From positions 748,373 to 812,372 of the forward strand of contig JAAOMT010000003.1 in assembly GCA_016748015.1 (NCBI GenBank): a DNA stretch of 64,000 nucleotides, read 5' to 3'. This stretch comes from Geosiphon pyriformis uo1. Its lineage: Eukaryota > Fungi > Glomeromycota. Under the pieces are notes generated by a model. That model had not been told where the DNA came from. It ran no database searches and worked only from the letters and a program-made list of their open reading frames with translations. This document shows positions 1-13,439 of this stretch, in pieces. The position numbers and the translations under genes are program-made. Position 1 is the stretch's first letter; each line of letters begins with the position of its first letter.

Positions 1-1945
1 TCAAAAGAAAATATGTCTGAAAGGTTGGCGTTTTCAGCAATTCTGGCTGGTGGAATTGTGGTAGAAGTATAGGAAGGGTTTTGTTGTTGTGCTGCAGCTC
101 TACTTTCTGAGAGTGAAGTATGGTAAAAATCCTGTTCTTCAGGTATTGTAAGATAGCTAGGTTGAGTATAATAATGGTTGGGTCTTGGCTGAGCTGGATT
201 TTGGGGAACTAATTGGTTATTCGAATTGATTCTATTGTTGTTTACTTGGTATTGGTTTTGTGGTGTAAATTGATTTTGCAGAATTAATTTTCGAGTAGGC
301 ACTTGATAATGTTGTGTGGATGGTTGTTGGTATTGCTGTTGGATTAGCTGTGGGGCAGACTGATAATAGTTACTTTGATATTGGGGTCTTGGTGGATAGT
401 AAGCTGGTGGTGGTGGTTGATAATAAGATTGCTGTGGTGGAGGGTAACATTGATTACTCCTATTTTGTTGGTCTTGTTGTAGCTTTCTGCAATCACTTTT
501 CCAGTGGCCAAGAATTCCACAGTAATGACAACTCTGAAACTGGTTATTAGAGGGTAATATGAAGTTGTTTTGATTCTGTCTTTGGGGTGGTTGATATCTT
601 TGGGGTTGCTATTGTTGTTGGTTGGTGAAATAGTTTTTGACTTTTTTTGTGAGTTGGTCAATTTTTTTTTCAGCTGCTGAGTTGGTTTCTCCAATGGCTA
701 AGTTCATGAGTTTTGTACGATTGGCTTCTTTCATGGCCATTTCATATCTTTTTGCATGCTGAATGGCAGAGTTTAAATCTTCTGAGGCATGTGAGCGAAC
801 CTTTTTAATCAGTTTATCTTTTAAACCAGCGATAAATTAATCCAAGATTTGAGCATCGGAATAATAATCATTAGTTTCAAGTTGGCAAATTTGTCTGAGA
901 AGTTTGTTGAATTTCTCAATATAAGTCATAACAGATTCGGAGAGTTCTTGTTTGATATTGTGAAAACAATTTCGAAGAGTGATTGAAGTGTTGTTATCGG
1001 TGAATTGTTCTAAGAAGGCAGTTTTGAAAGCTGTCTAGTCATTAAAAGGGGTAGTCAAGTTTTCAAACCATTCACCTGCTGTTCCTTTAACATTCTGGCA
1101 GCATTCCATCCATTTGCATCTCCAGCTTTAATAACTTGGTTGAGCCATTCTTGGAGACTGGTTTCAATGTCTTCTTCATTGAATTCAGAGATTTTTGTAA
1201 TGTATGCTGTCATTTCATCTTTTTCATTTTTACTGTCTATTGATTCTTCTTCAGATATTTTAGAGTCGTTTTCTTTGTTTGCTGCTGTCTTAGAGTGTTC
1301 ACTTCAATTTTCAGCTAGAAAGTCAAGAAGATTGGAACTAGTTTGAAGGGGTTCTTGTTGTCTGATGGGACTTTTGGGTGATGTAAAATCTTCTAGTCTT
1401 GCAAATCGATTTAAGGGTGAATTAGGTGTTTGTGCTTGTGTAAGTGAAGCTGGAAAAGATGTGATAGTAAGTGGAAATTTTGAACTGGTTCTTTGTTCAG
1501 GTGTTTGTAAGTGTTTAGCAGTTTTTTTTGGTAGTATTGGGGTATTTGTGATGGTTTTTGAGTATTGCTTCAATTTTTGTTTGCCTTTGTTGCTTGTTTC
1601 TGTCTCTGATTCAAAATCAATGAAGTATTGAGACTGCACTGGATATGTTTCTTCACAGTACTTGATAATGTTAAAATTTAGTTCTTGAAAGTAAGTGACA
1701 AGTGTTTTACTGTTAAGGTCTTCAGTTTTTAACTGTAAATAGTGTACTAAATTATTGTAAAGGTTGCTTCTAACTTCTGAGATATTGTAATTTCCAAAAA
1801 GATAATTGTTGATGCAGTTTTCAATGTATTGGTATACTGATTTCTTGACAACTTCAATTCCGTCTGAAATGTTGAATCTTTGCTTGCAGTGGGTGTAAAT
1901 TGATTGGTAATACTCTAGAGTTGTTGCATCTGGTGTGGTTGCCAC
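1..1945 (-). pseudogene. gag (N-terminal extension, capsid-like domain, CCHC knuckle, Q/N-rich linker), disrupted
   Basis: ORF 1304-1945 is near-identical to 32411-32950. Downstream EMTAYITKISEFNEEDIETSLQEWLNQV matches the gag of the full element; contains stops and small indels. Confidence 0.85.
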
Positions 1946-1977
1946 TTTGAAGTTGTTTTGCTGTGTTGTTTCTGTGA

Positions 1978-1987
1978 GAGAGCACCA
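1978..1987 (-). promoter_or_regulatory. Primer-binding site TGGTGCTCTC
   Basis: Starts with TGG 2 nt inside the LTR end, complementary to a tRNA 3' CCA end. The tRNA identity was not determined. Confidence 0.75.
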
Positions 1988-1989
1988 AA

Positions 1990-2976
1990 TGTTACCAGAG
2001 GTTTTTGGTCTCTTCTTAGCTCTTGTATGTTTGTTGTAATGCTGTTAATTCATGATTATGGGAAGTGTTTGAACCTCTGATAACTGAATTTATCTTCAAA
2101 TTATTTCTTATAATTTGAACTGCTGGGCTTTATAAGTGGAATGGCCAATTCCATGCCAGTTACTTTGTATAGTTACATTGTAGTAAACGTCAACTCTTTT
2201 CCAAAAATTGCTCATCTGAAAGCTCACTAAAAATGTGTAGTTACTTTGCTATGAAAGTCAACTCTTCTACAGGAATTCTTGTCTATAGAATACCCAAATG
2301 ATTTATAATAAGAAAAGAAAGAGAATAAAGGAAATGTAAAAGAAAAAGTAAAACTGATGATTTATGGAAGTCATTTCAGATCCAGGCCTGGAAGTGCTTT
2401 AACAGTCTACTGAAATTGGTAGCTAATCAATTTCAAACTGTTAGTAGGAATTGGTTAATTTCAAGAGAAATAATTTAAGAATTTGGCTTTTCGAATTTAT
2501 TTGATATTTATTTTGTTTTTGTGTGTAAAGGATGATTCTAATTATTAAATCTCAAGTACAATACATTTTCTCAAAGAAAGAAGCTCTTCTTTTATACAAC
2601 TTGTCATAACACTATTCTATGAACTTGAACTTTGCTCTTTTCTATAATTTTGCTGAACTAATGATCTATTTCGGTGAACTACAAGTTATTTTTGCAAACT
2701 ATTAGATATTTCAGTGAACTATCAATTATTTTAGTGAATTTCTACAAATTTTGGCAAACTTTTGAATGTTACATATTTCGGGGTATTGCATGATTGATCA
2801 TCACACTTAGGTTATATTTGTGTTATGTACAAATTAGATTATTAATTAAATGATAATTTCGGATATTTTGCTAATGTAATAAGTGATAATTTGAAATGAT
2901 AATATATGCTAATTAATGATAAGATTTATAAGAGTAATTTCATGCTAAACAATATCTCTAATTTTGTCTGGTAACA
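1990..2976 (-). repeat. 5' LTR of Gypsy family 1 copy A (987 bp)
   Basis: 10-bp terminal inverted repeat (tgttaccaga at 1990, tctggtaaca ending 2976); homologous to the LTRs at 31380-32365 and 40290-41277. Confidence 0.95.
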
Positions 2977-3345
2977 ATATGATGCTAGCAGCACTAGATG
3001 TTAAAGCTAAAAAGAAGAAGACCAACTTGTTTACTAGTCTATTATTAAAAATTTTTGGGCTCTTAGTTGGAGTGAAGGTAACACTGAGTCTAATCCAAGT
3101 GTATTTCTTTAAAGAAACTTTGACTAATGAAAAACCAGCCAAAGATAAGAAAAATGCTTTAGTAGCTATCAAAGACAGCTTTTCATGATTATTAGGTAAA
3201 TAAAAAACTTCTAAAATGTTTTGCTTAGTTGCTTTTACAACAAAGAGAGCTTTTTTGATTAAAATTTTATGAAATATCTCAGGAAAGATATCAGATGCAG
3301 CTTTTTTACTTTTTGCTCTGGTTGTAATTATAAAATTAAGAAGAC
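2977..3345 (-). mobile_element. Degraded LINE 5' end/ORF1 N-terminus, interrupted by Gypsy copy A
   Basis: Minus-strand ITTRAKSKKAASD... matches the ORF1-start-like sequence at about 11270 (ITKAKSK). The frame runs straight into the LTR (..SAASII|LLPDKIRD). Confidence 0.55.
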
Positions 3346-4916
3346 AAAGAGTTTATAATAATAATAATAATTTTAATAATTAAAAATCTAATACTTAAAA
3401 TAAAATTTATTGGATTTTATTAAAACTTAATATTAATAATATTAAAAATTATTAAATTATATAATAACAAGAATTTTAAAAATTTTGTATTATAAATATA
3501 TATATAATAGTAGCAATAAAAGCAAAATAACAATTTTTTTATCAGATTTTTTAAAGTAACTTTAATAATTTAAAATCTAGTACTTAAAATAAAATTTATT
3601 TTAATAAAAATCACAAACTAATTATTTATTATTTATATTTTATAACTTAATCTTTAATTTATTTAAAATTATTTATTATTAAGCAATATTAATAATATTA
3701 ATTCACAAAATTTAATAATATTAAAACAATAGTTTTTAATTATAACTATTGATAAAATACTAATTTTTTACTTTATTATTTTATTTATTTATTTATTTTT
3801 TGGTTTTATTTGTTGTTTATAATTGATTAAAAAAAAGTATTAAGATTATGATATTAATAATTACTTGGTAAAAAATGCAGAAATAAGCATAAAATTGATG
3901 TAGTAAATTACTTACCAAAGAAATTAGACATTAATAATTAATAGTGAATTTTTGTTTATTATACAAAGAATTCAACCAACTCAAAATCTTCAGATACCAA
4001 AACCTTCAGATTATATTACCAATTAACAACACTATCTTATGAGCTAATACACCATACAATTATTTATAACAATGTAAATAATAATATCTTCAAGTTTTAT
4101 TTCACAAATTAAAAGCAGTAATACTTTTTAATAAATTGGTTAATATTGTTTTGTATCAAGTTTTTTGGTTACCAATGACTTCTAATAAATAATTGATTTA
4201 AAATCACTAAATCAATTACAAACAAAATAAAGCCAAAAATACTCTAATATTTCGACTTTACTATCTAAAGTACCCGACTCCAATACAAAAATTCTTCTCA
4301 AATAAAAGGAGGGTACTATAGAAAGCATTTTACAGTGATAATTGAACATATTTAGGTTATATTTTTGTTATGATCCTTAAATTGAAATCATTTAACGTTG
4401 AACCTTGGGATATCTTGGAAGCTTCCACCTCTTCCAGAAAATCAAGACTAAATTAGGGAATGCTCTTGCATTAAAGAAATCCTAAAAAAGTCTGATTCCA
4501 GCAATTCTTTCACAGATCAGGATCTTTACTGGTTAATTTCCAACTCTGATTGTATGCTGGTCCTATTACTCAATACCTTGGCACTGGAGATATCTGGTTA
4601 TATGATTTAGTCAGTTTGCATTAAAATTAAAAAATTACTTAACTTAACCAAGCCCAAATATCTGAATTTTTTGGGTCCATGCAAGATATAAATTTGATAC
4701 TGCAAGGTGGTTAACTTGGGTTTAAGGTCAAACTCCAATTTATGAGTTCAAATAGTGAAGAAAGTATTCGATTCCTAAAAAGCTGTGCTTGATTGGGAAA
4801 AAATCGCAAACAGATAAGGAATGGAAAAGCTTTCAAGATAGGGAGATCAAATGCCTTATCGTTGGGCTAAAATTACTCTATCGGCCCTTAGAAAGAAAAA
4901 AAAGGAAAGCTCTCGG

Positions 4917-7900
4917 TTATTCTTCATATTTGTCAACCTAAATGATGAGGGGTAAAGGATAAAGTTAATAACAAGAATATTGAAAGTTCATCGTCATATT
5001 AGCATACCTGTAATGTTAACGTCTTACTGCTATTAATTTCTTGATCGCGATATATCCCTACTAGAGCTTGTGCTTTTTCATAAAGGGTGCTTTTCAATGA
5101 AATGACCACAAATTGAAAATTTTCGTCGGCATGTTCACGAATGTATGTCGCGATTTTGCCGACATTTGCGTTGTCAAGCGCTGCATCGACTTCATCAAGG
5201 ACAAAGAAAGGAGATGGCTGATAACTGTTTTTAGATAGTCGAATTATAGAATTATATGAAAATATAAAAAAAGAATTCAAGTAAATTTTCATACCTATGG
5301 ATTGCAAAAAGCATTGCTAAAGCAGCCATTGTCTTTTCGCCACCGGAAAGTTGTTCCATATCACGAAATCGTTTCATTGGAGGCATAGCGTGATATTTCA
5401 CTCCATGTAAATATGGTTCCTATAACGTAAATAAGGATAAGTAGGTTATTGAGAGGTGCTGATTAATTTCAGGTTATTGTATAAGTTAGTGAAATTTTAC
5501 CTCTGTATCTTCTAAGCTTAGATAGGCTGTGCCACCCAAGGGGAAATTACGGCTCTTAGTCAAATCTTTATATATACGATCAATGTTTTCTGCTATGTGG
5601 CTATATGCCTCATAAAAACGTCTGTACCTGATACGAATTTTGATATTTTAGTTTAACATCAAAATCGTATTAAATATCAATTTATCTAGTGATAATACTT
5701 TACCTTTTTTGTTTTACAATGTTGAATTTTTCTTTAGCTGTCTTGGCTTCTTTTCTTGCAGTATCAAATTCTTTTTCTGTTTCTTGCAAACGTTGCTCAA
5801 CAATATCCAGTCTAGGAAATAGGAAGAAAATCACTACTAAATAAAAATTTACGAAAAGCTTATCACCCATTAACTAACCTTTCAATGGCCTTCAGATTGG
5901 GTGCCATTTTATCGATCTCGGCAGCTGTTGCATCTAGTTCAGCCTGAAATTCCTTTTCAATATCGGAGGAGGGATCCTAAAAATAATAATTATAAAATCT
6001 ATCCAATATCTCACGAATAGGATCACTTCCAGTATTGCTTTCTCTTACGTTTCGTTGTTGATCAGTTAATACTTTATAATCAACGATAATCGGCCAATCT
6101 GATTCGTGGGGTTCAAATGAAGCCGAAGGTCGTCTAGAAGGACCGGGTTCGTCATCTATATCCATTTCGTAAACATCATCTTGGAGATGCTTTGAATGGT
6201 CATAATTATTAGAAAGTTTATTGGATGGGAAATTTCAAAAAATGTTTAAAACTCTACCGAATCTTCAATAGGGATATCATCAAGTGAGCCTTCCCGTAAT
6301 GGTAATTCTATTTCTTCAAGTTTGCATTTCCGAAATATGGAAAACTGGTCACTTTTGCATCTTTTGATGACATCCTCCTGTGAAAGTCGGAAATCGAAAC
6401 GTAAAAAACTTGTTTTTTCATGTGATTCAAACTTATGATATTTACCCTTTTGACCACTTCTTTAGAAATTTTATCTATTTCTTTTGTAAGTCGTCCCAAT
6501 TCTTTTTTAACGTTATTAAATATTTCAGTTTTCTCTGAAAGCTTATTTTTAATAAGATTCATGTTTTTCTGTAATTTCCCAATTTCCTCAGATATGCGTT
6601 TGTTATCCCGTAATATTTGATCTCGTTCCTCTTTATAGCCGACTAGGTTATCCCTGGCTTGGGTAATGGATTCTTGCAGTTTGGTTAAACGGTCTGCCGT
6701 TTCTTTCAAATGTTCCTCACCGAACTTCAATCTTAAGATTAAAAAGGTAAATTTTCTTGCAGCATCTCATGAATAATTTTGCTTTTGTTTTTCAGGAGCT
6801 TGAAGAAATATATTTATGCGTACGAGTTTTGAAGCCGAGACTGTTGTATGGCAAATTTCATTCTCATCTCAGCAGCTTCTTGGGTCATTTTAAGTTGCCG
6901 TTGTTCATATTCGTGAATATTTGCAACGCCTATTTCTTGACAGAAATCTTCGAAAACCTCGTCTTCTATCTGATAAATTATGCCTTCTAACGTAGAAATT
7001 CTAGATTTTAAGATAGATAGACTCGAATCCGCCTATATATTTGATGATAGTGTATGAGCAAATATTATTGTTTTGGAAAATCTATAGGGAAATACCTTTT
7101 GAAATTTTGGCCGAATTTGATCGATTTCATTCTGGATTACTTGCAACTCATCATCAATCATGGCCAATTTGCGTTTTGTGTCATTCTATTTAAATTAAAA
7201 ATAATTCATTGTTGTAGTAAAAAATTGTTGCATATATTAAATTTGAAGGAATGAAAAACCAAAAATCTATTAAAGAAATCTGCGAATAAATCTTTTTTCA
7301 AAAAACAACTAAAAAAGTTCATTAAATTACCATGATCTTACCAAATCATCTCTGAAAAGATTTAGTTTTGATTGTAACCCTGCTATTTCACCCTTCATTT
7401 GCTCTTCAACATTCCCTTTTCGTTTAATTCTGTTCAGCTCATTTAACTGAGACATGAGGAAGTCTCGCTTATGGGTCATAGCTATCAATAAAATAGTAGA
7501 ATAAGTGCTTTTGAATAGAGCTAGAGAATATTATTTTCCTAAGGGGCATCACCTTCAAAATCAGAATCTTGAAATTTCCGGGCCCCAGCTTCAATGCCGC
7601 TTCTACCACCAGTAATCAAACCGCTTTTATGTATAATCGTGCCATCCAGAGTGACGGCTTCCCCAGAACAAACGGTTGATAAGCCTGAGTTGAAAGAAAC
7701 TTGATAACAGCTTACGATAGGCACATAGGTTACCTTTAACTTCCTCATTTTTTTCATAGCAAATTGTTTTGGCAATATCTAAACTGTCGCATACTAAGGC
7801 GTTGCCACAAGCATACTGGAGAGCTCTCTCAAGCTCTCTCGGATAATCAATAACGTCGATGGCTAGTCTGGCACCCTTTAGAATACTTCGATACTTATCA

Positions 7901-10830
7901 TTGACTGGTTTGGCCACAATAGTGTCCAAAGGAATGAAAGTGGCATGCCCAAGTCGTTGCTCTCTTATATACTAATTAAAAAGTTGATATAAATAAACTA
8001 TATCAAAAGTTTTACCTACTTCGCATAGTGTAATACCTGAATACACTCAAGTCCAATTTTTTCTGTCCCAACAATAATGGCCTCCATGTTTCTTCCCAGT
8101 ATAATTGATATTGCAGCGTCATATTTCCGTTGGGTTGTTTTACACAAATCCAGAACTCGTCCATGAACACCTTCGAAAACTCTTTTCAAGCTGTCCAGTA
8201 GATCTTTCATTTTTTGTTCACGCTCAATTTCTCTTTGATCCACCCTAGCGTCCATAAGTTTGTTTAAAATATCTTGGAGGTCTCCATTTAACACCCTCTC
8301 TTGTTGACTTATTAAAAATAAAAGTATAAAACAAAGCAGAATTAAATTAATTCGTACAGTTTTACATCATATATTGTTGGTGAAGCTACGCGCCATAAAC
8401 CAATTAATCAAATCATTATCTACCTAATCCGCGTGCGTTCCGAGACAGCAGTATTCAGCTCGTTTTGTTTTGAATCTTTATCCGCAAGCAATTGCGACAC
8501 ATAGATTTTAACCTTTGAAATTGGGGAGTATTGATTATTTGTTAAGGCTACAAGAAAAACAATCATTGGTATATTCATTGCTGGCCTACTTTTTCTTCGT
8601 GGCGTGACAATTCCTCTTTGTCCTCTATTAGTTGTTGACGACGCCTAGCTAACTCATCTAATCTTTCTTTAAGCCTTCTTGTAGATTCGTTATCAGTCTT
8701 TTCTTTACGGTTCAGAATTTCCAATTCTTGCTTTTGGGTCACGGTTTTTTTGTTGGCTTCCTCTTTACTTGAAATAAGAAAGTTTATCTTACAGAGGTAT
8801 TGATATATTATTAATTAAACCCAAATACTCCTACTTTTTATTATAATGTGCAAGTTCGTCTGCATTAAGTGAAGTATTCCTATGATTGCTGCGGCTTCCC
8901 CCACCCTTAATTTCCTCTTGAATAAACAATAATGGAATTAATACGTCGGAATTTATATATTTTATAAATGTTCTAATTTTTCCAGTAAAGAAGACTCAAT
9001 TGGATGTACCTTCATATTTAGACGCAGCCCTATTGACGGAATTCAAGTCTTTCTTCATGATATCTATATTTTTTTCCTATTATATCCATATAAGCGTCGG
9101 AACAAGATGAATATAATTGATTAAGTCAAATACACGTAATAGTTAGGTCCTCATTTCTTGATCTACCTGTTCTTCGTAATCCTTTTGAACTTTTACTGCA
9201 TTCTGCTCATATTTCTCCAGCTTTTGATTTATATAAGTAATCTTTTCTTCTAACTTCAGTAAAGTTGGACGCTATAAAAGACAAGACCTTATTAGCTTAG
9301 AGATACAAAGATATAGCATATTAGAGATATTAAACCTTGTCTTCAATTTCCGATTCCTTTCCTCTTATCTGTCTTTCCAGATTATTTTGTTGTTTATCAA
9401 CTTCACTCTTTTCTTGTCGAGCTTTTTTTAGTTCGTTGTTTAAATTTTTCTCCACAAAAAAAGCCCAGGTTAGTGTAAATATCAAATAAAATTTTTTCTG
9501 CCAGTGAGGGAAGATGTACCTGTTCTCGCTGTTTGGTTTGGATAAAATTGTTGTGTTGTGCAATTTCATGCTTACATCGGTCAATTTGCTTTTGGATATG
9601 AAACAACCGCCATAAAAGATACTTGACTTGAATGGCTGCCTATAGGTATTGTAAATGATCTGAGATATGACTTGCAAGAGAAGTTTGTAACCAAAAATAT
9701 TATACTACCTTCTTTCCTAACAAAGTTTCAAATCTTTCGGCTTCTTGTTTCTGTTCTGTATACTGTTTAATTTCGGCATTGATCCCACGCTTCTTATTAA
9801 AATTAAATGCAGAATTTTCTGTAGCGCGCTCTTGTTGAACTTTCAATTGTTCATATTCCGTTTTCAATTCAAGAGAACTGTAATGATTTAAATGAAAAAT
9901 GAGCTGGGCAAGACGGAAGTAAAAATATAATGGTTCAAGAATTTCTACCCGCTAATTTGTTCTATTAATTTTGTCAAATCTTTTGGGGATTGCGATGCAA
10001 TGGCTTCAACATCACCCTTTAGATAGCCGAGAAATGAATTAAATGCGAGATTATTTATGATTCGTATAAAAGGAGAAAACAAAAATCGTACCTGAAAAAC
10101 GAGAAAATTTCTCGCTTTGACCAAGATTTTTTGGTTTTCCAACATTTCATTGTATTTTGCATAAGTAAAAACCTTGTTATTGATTTTATATTCGCTGGCT
10201 CCAGAGGCAGTTATACTATTTTAAAGATATATTTATGAAAAATTAAAATCAAACTCCTTTAACATGATAAACCAAAAATAAAATCATGTGCCTTCTTGTA
10301 AATTTGAGCTCCTCTCCATTGTCATCCTGATAAACGGCCATTACCCATGCTCGTCTTGGGTTATTAGCGCGTCCCTCAGTTGAAAAGCTATCAATATCAT
10401 CGTCATCGTCGTCTTGCATAGCACTTCCTCGGTATATAAGATCACGAAGTTGGGAAGAACGTAATTGGGAAGATTTTACTCCCAAAACAAAAGAGATGGC
10501 ATCCATCAGATTTGATTTTCCTTAAAAATTGAAAATCAGGATATAGTATTTTTAGTAAAGAAAAGCCAATAGAATTTCGAAGGCGAAATACGTTTGTAAG
10601 CTTTTGTTCATTTTGCTCACTTGAATGTTTTTAAGGAAATTATAGAACAGAAATATTTTTTCCTTGAAGCACAAAAGCAATTATACAATAGAAGATATTT
10701 GAATTTTGAACATTAACCTACCAGCTCCATTTGGCCCTATCACAGAAGTGAAATTAAGGAAAGGTCCAATGGTCTGGTGCCCTTTATACGATTTAAAGTT
10801 CTCTAATTCTAGACGAATGAGACGCCCCAT
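4917..10830 (-). CDS. SMC1: Structural maintenance of chromosomes protein 1 (cohesin subunit), about 27 exons/26 introns
   Basis: ATG at 10830 gives [15 protein letters not shown]...IGPNGAG|[13 protein letters not shown] (Walker A). Also [12 protein letters not shown]|GDVEAIAS (Q-loop), hinge [10 protein letters not shown]...[11 protein letters not shown] and [17 protein letters not shown], signature LSGGEK, Walker B/D-loop [12 protein letters not shown] and FVVISLK. Last exon VDKYEE* has its stop at 4917-4919. Introns splice in frame. Confidence 0.96.
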
Positions 10831-11084
10831 AAGTGAAAGTTTTGCGAAATGCTGTTACAGCTTGGTCTATCTAAAAATTATTTTATCTAAAATAATAATA
10901 TATTATTACTAGCCTACCCTGTACATCATTAATCATTGGTTTACAACTTAGCATTTTCAATTTTTTATACCCAGTTAACTTTATACAAATTTAGAATTAA
11001 TAAAAATTGTTTTATTAAAATAATAATTTTATTTTAATATATTTAAATATTTTTGTTGTTACAAAAATTTTATTTTTATGTTAT

Positions 11085-11150
11085 TAATCGACGTATTGTA
11101 TTCGATAGTGGTTGGGCTACACGTTAAAATAAAATAAAATAAAATAAATA
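11085..11150 (+). mobile_element. Short LINE 3'-end remnant with (TAAAA)n tail
   Basis: gtattcgatagtggttgggctacacgttaaa resembles the LINE 3'UTR end (e.g. gtattagatagtggttgaacttcactcattaaa of the 13440-15032 copy) and is followed by an A-rich tail. Confidence 0.55.
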
Positions 11151-12500
11151 TTATTATTAAAATATCTTTTTGGTAATTATTAATAAAGCAATTTTAAATT
11201 AATAAATATTAAAATACAATAATTAAATAATTACAATATTAAAAACTCTTTTTTTTTGTATTTTTTATGATCATAACCAAAGCAAAAAGTAAAAAGTTGC
11301 AATTTTTTATTTTTTAAAGCACTTAATAATATTTTTATTAATAAATCACTTTTTTTATTTTTAGTTGAGTTTTTTTTTTAAAAAAACTTATTTAAGATAA
11401 TCTTTATATAGTTATTGTTTTAATTAAAAGTTTTAAAATATTTAATACAAAACTGATAATTAAGTAATTTTTTTTCTGTTTTTTTTTTTATTACTTCTTA
11501 AATAGTTAAAAAAGCCAAATTAGCCAAAAAACAATCTTTTTTAATCTTTATTCTGTCTAATAGCAATTTTTTTGAAATACTAAAAAGTTTTTTTTTAAAT
11601 ATTTTTAATATTAATTTTATTGTTTTAAATCTGTTTTTTTTTGTTTTTTCTAATGTTCTTATTAATTTTATATTATTTATACTAATTATAATATTTAATT
11701 TTATTATAATTATAAAAATTATTTTTTTGTTTTAAATAACAATAATAAAACATATTAAACAATTTTTGTTGGTTTTAAAAACAAAATAAATTATGTATTT
11801 ATATATAATTTTAATTATTTATTTTATTAAATTATTTAATTTTAATCAAATAGAAATTAAATTTTTTTTTTTGTTTTTTATAATATTGTTTTTAATTATA
11901 TTTGAAAAACAATTTTTAATTATCAAAAAATTTTTAAGTAAATGGCTTTTATTTTAATATTTAATGTTTTTAAAATTAAACTAATTTATATTAAAATTGT
12001 TTTTTAGTTTATATATGATTTTATTAATATAAAATTAGTATTTAAAAACAATATAAAATTATTTTATATAAAATTTGTTTTTTAAGTTTCTTTAAATACT
12101 GTTTTTTAAGTTAAACTTTTTGATTTTATTTTATTTTATTTTTTAAAATTGTTAAGTTTTTAATAATTTTTAAATTACATTTTTTTTGTTTTTATTACTT
12201 TGTAAAATATGGTTAAATATGTTTTTATTATTAATATTAAAATTTATTGGTATTTGGAAATATATTGTTATTTATTTTAAGTTTTTTAATACAATTATAA
12301 TTGTTTTTATTTTTTAATTAATTTTAATAATAAAAAATAATATTAAAATTTTTTTTATTAGTTAAAAAAAATTATTGCTTTATATAATAAGTTTAAAACC
12401 AAATTAATTAATTTTTTTGGTTTTATAATTTTAAAATAATTAATTTGGTTTTTTAAGTTTATAGTTTTACTTATTTATTTTTTATTTTTCTAATTTATTT

Positions 12501-12616
12501 TTTTTTTATTATTTTTAATGAGTAAGGCCCAAATGCCACCCAGCACAATACATCAAACTAAGTAATCTAAACTGAGTGCAAATCATGCACTTTCTACACA
12601 TAACCAGCCACTTGGA
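12501..12616 (-). mobile_element. Extremely 5'-truncated LINE (3'UTR + poly(A) only)
   Basis: Matches the LINE 3'UTR; flanked by TSD TAATTTATTT (12491-12500, 12617-12626). Confidence 0.85.
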
Positions 12617-13439
12617 TAATTTATTTATTTATTTTATTTAATGAATAGAATTTAATTTATTTATTTTAACAATATTATAAATAAATATATTGAATTATGT
12701 TTTATAATTTAATATTGTAAATTTATTATATATTTAAAAATTTTTATAATTAAGTTTTTTGTATAAAAAACAGAAATTAAATATTATTAATATTATTAAT
12801 AAGTATATTTATTATATTCTATAATAGTATTATAAATTATTTATATTATTTAAAAGTTTTGATAATTTTAAAAATTTAATAATTGAGTTTTTTATATAAA
12901 ACAAAAATTTAAATGTTGATGATTTTTACTATCTAGTATTTATTTTTTTAACATAATAATTAATTTATTTTAATATTTTTTTGTTTTTTACCAGATTATT
13001 TATAATATTATAATTTTAGTATTTATTTTTTTAAATAATTATTTTAATAATAACAAACAAAAAAAAGTAAAAAAAAATAAACTAAAATAAAAAATAAAAA
13101 AAATGTTAATATTTTGTTAATAATTATAATTAAGAACTATTGTTTTAATATGTTAAAATTTTTAAATAATTGTTTTTGGTATTTATTGTTTTTCAAAAAA
13201 AATTTTATATTATAAATATAAAATATAAACAAAATTAAAAATAAAAAATTGAAAATTTTGATTATTATTTTTTAATTTATTTCTAATAATTAGTTTCTGT
13301 TTTTTTAAGTTTTATAGAAATTATTAAATATTATAAAATTAATTTTTAAGTATATTTAATATTTATAAATTTATAAATTTTTGTTAAATAATATTATTAA
13401 AAAAATATTATTAAAATTATTATATAAGTTTTTTTTTAT

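Larger units (their letters stand above)
1..2976 (-). mobile_element. Ty3/Gypsy LTR retrotransposon family 1, copy A (5' LTR + gag; runs off the left edge)
   Basis: Reverse complement of about 31380-34380. LTR has TGTTACCAGA/TCTGGTAACA termini, followed by a PBS and gag with the CCHC knuckle CHYCGIPGHWKRDC-like at about 480-530. Confidence 0.95.

Noticed and set aside
3346-4900. Intergenic region with short AT-rich duplications (about 3378-3410 and 3568-3601)
   Set aside because: Low complexity; no supportable gene, RNA or element.
4999-10912. Many short ORFs read as separate genes or a pseudogene
   Set aside because: They are exons (or antisense shadows) of one spliced SMC1 gene that joins in frame.
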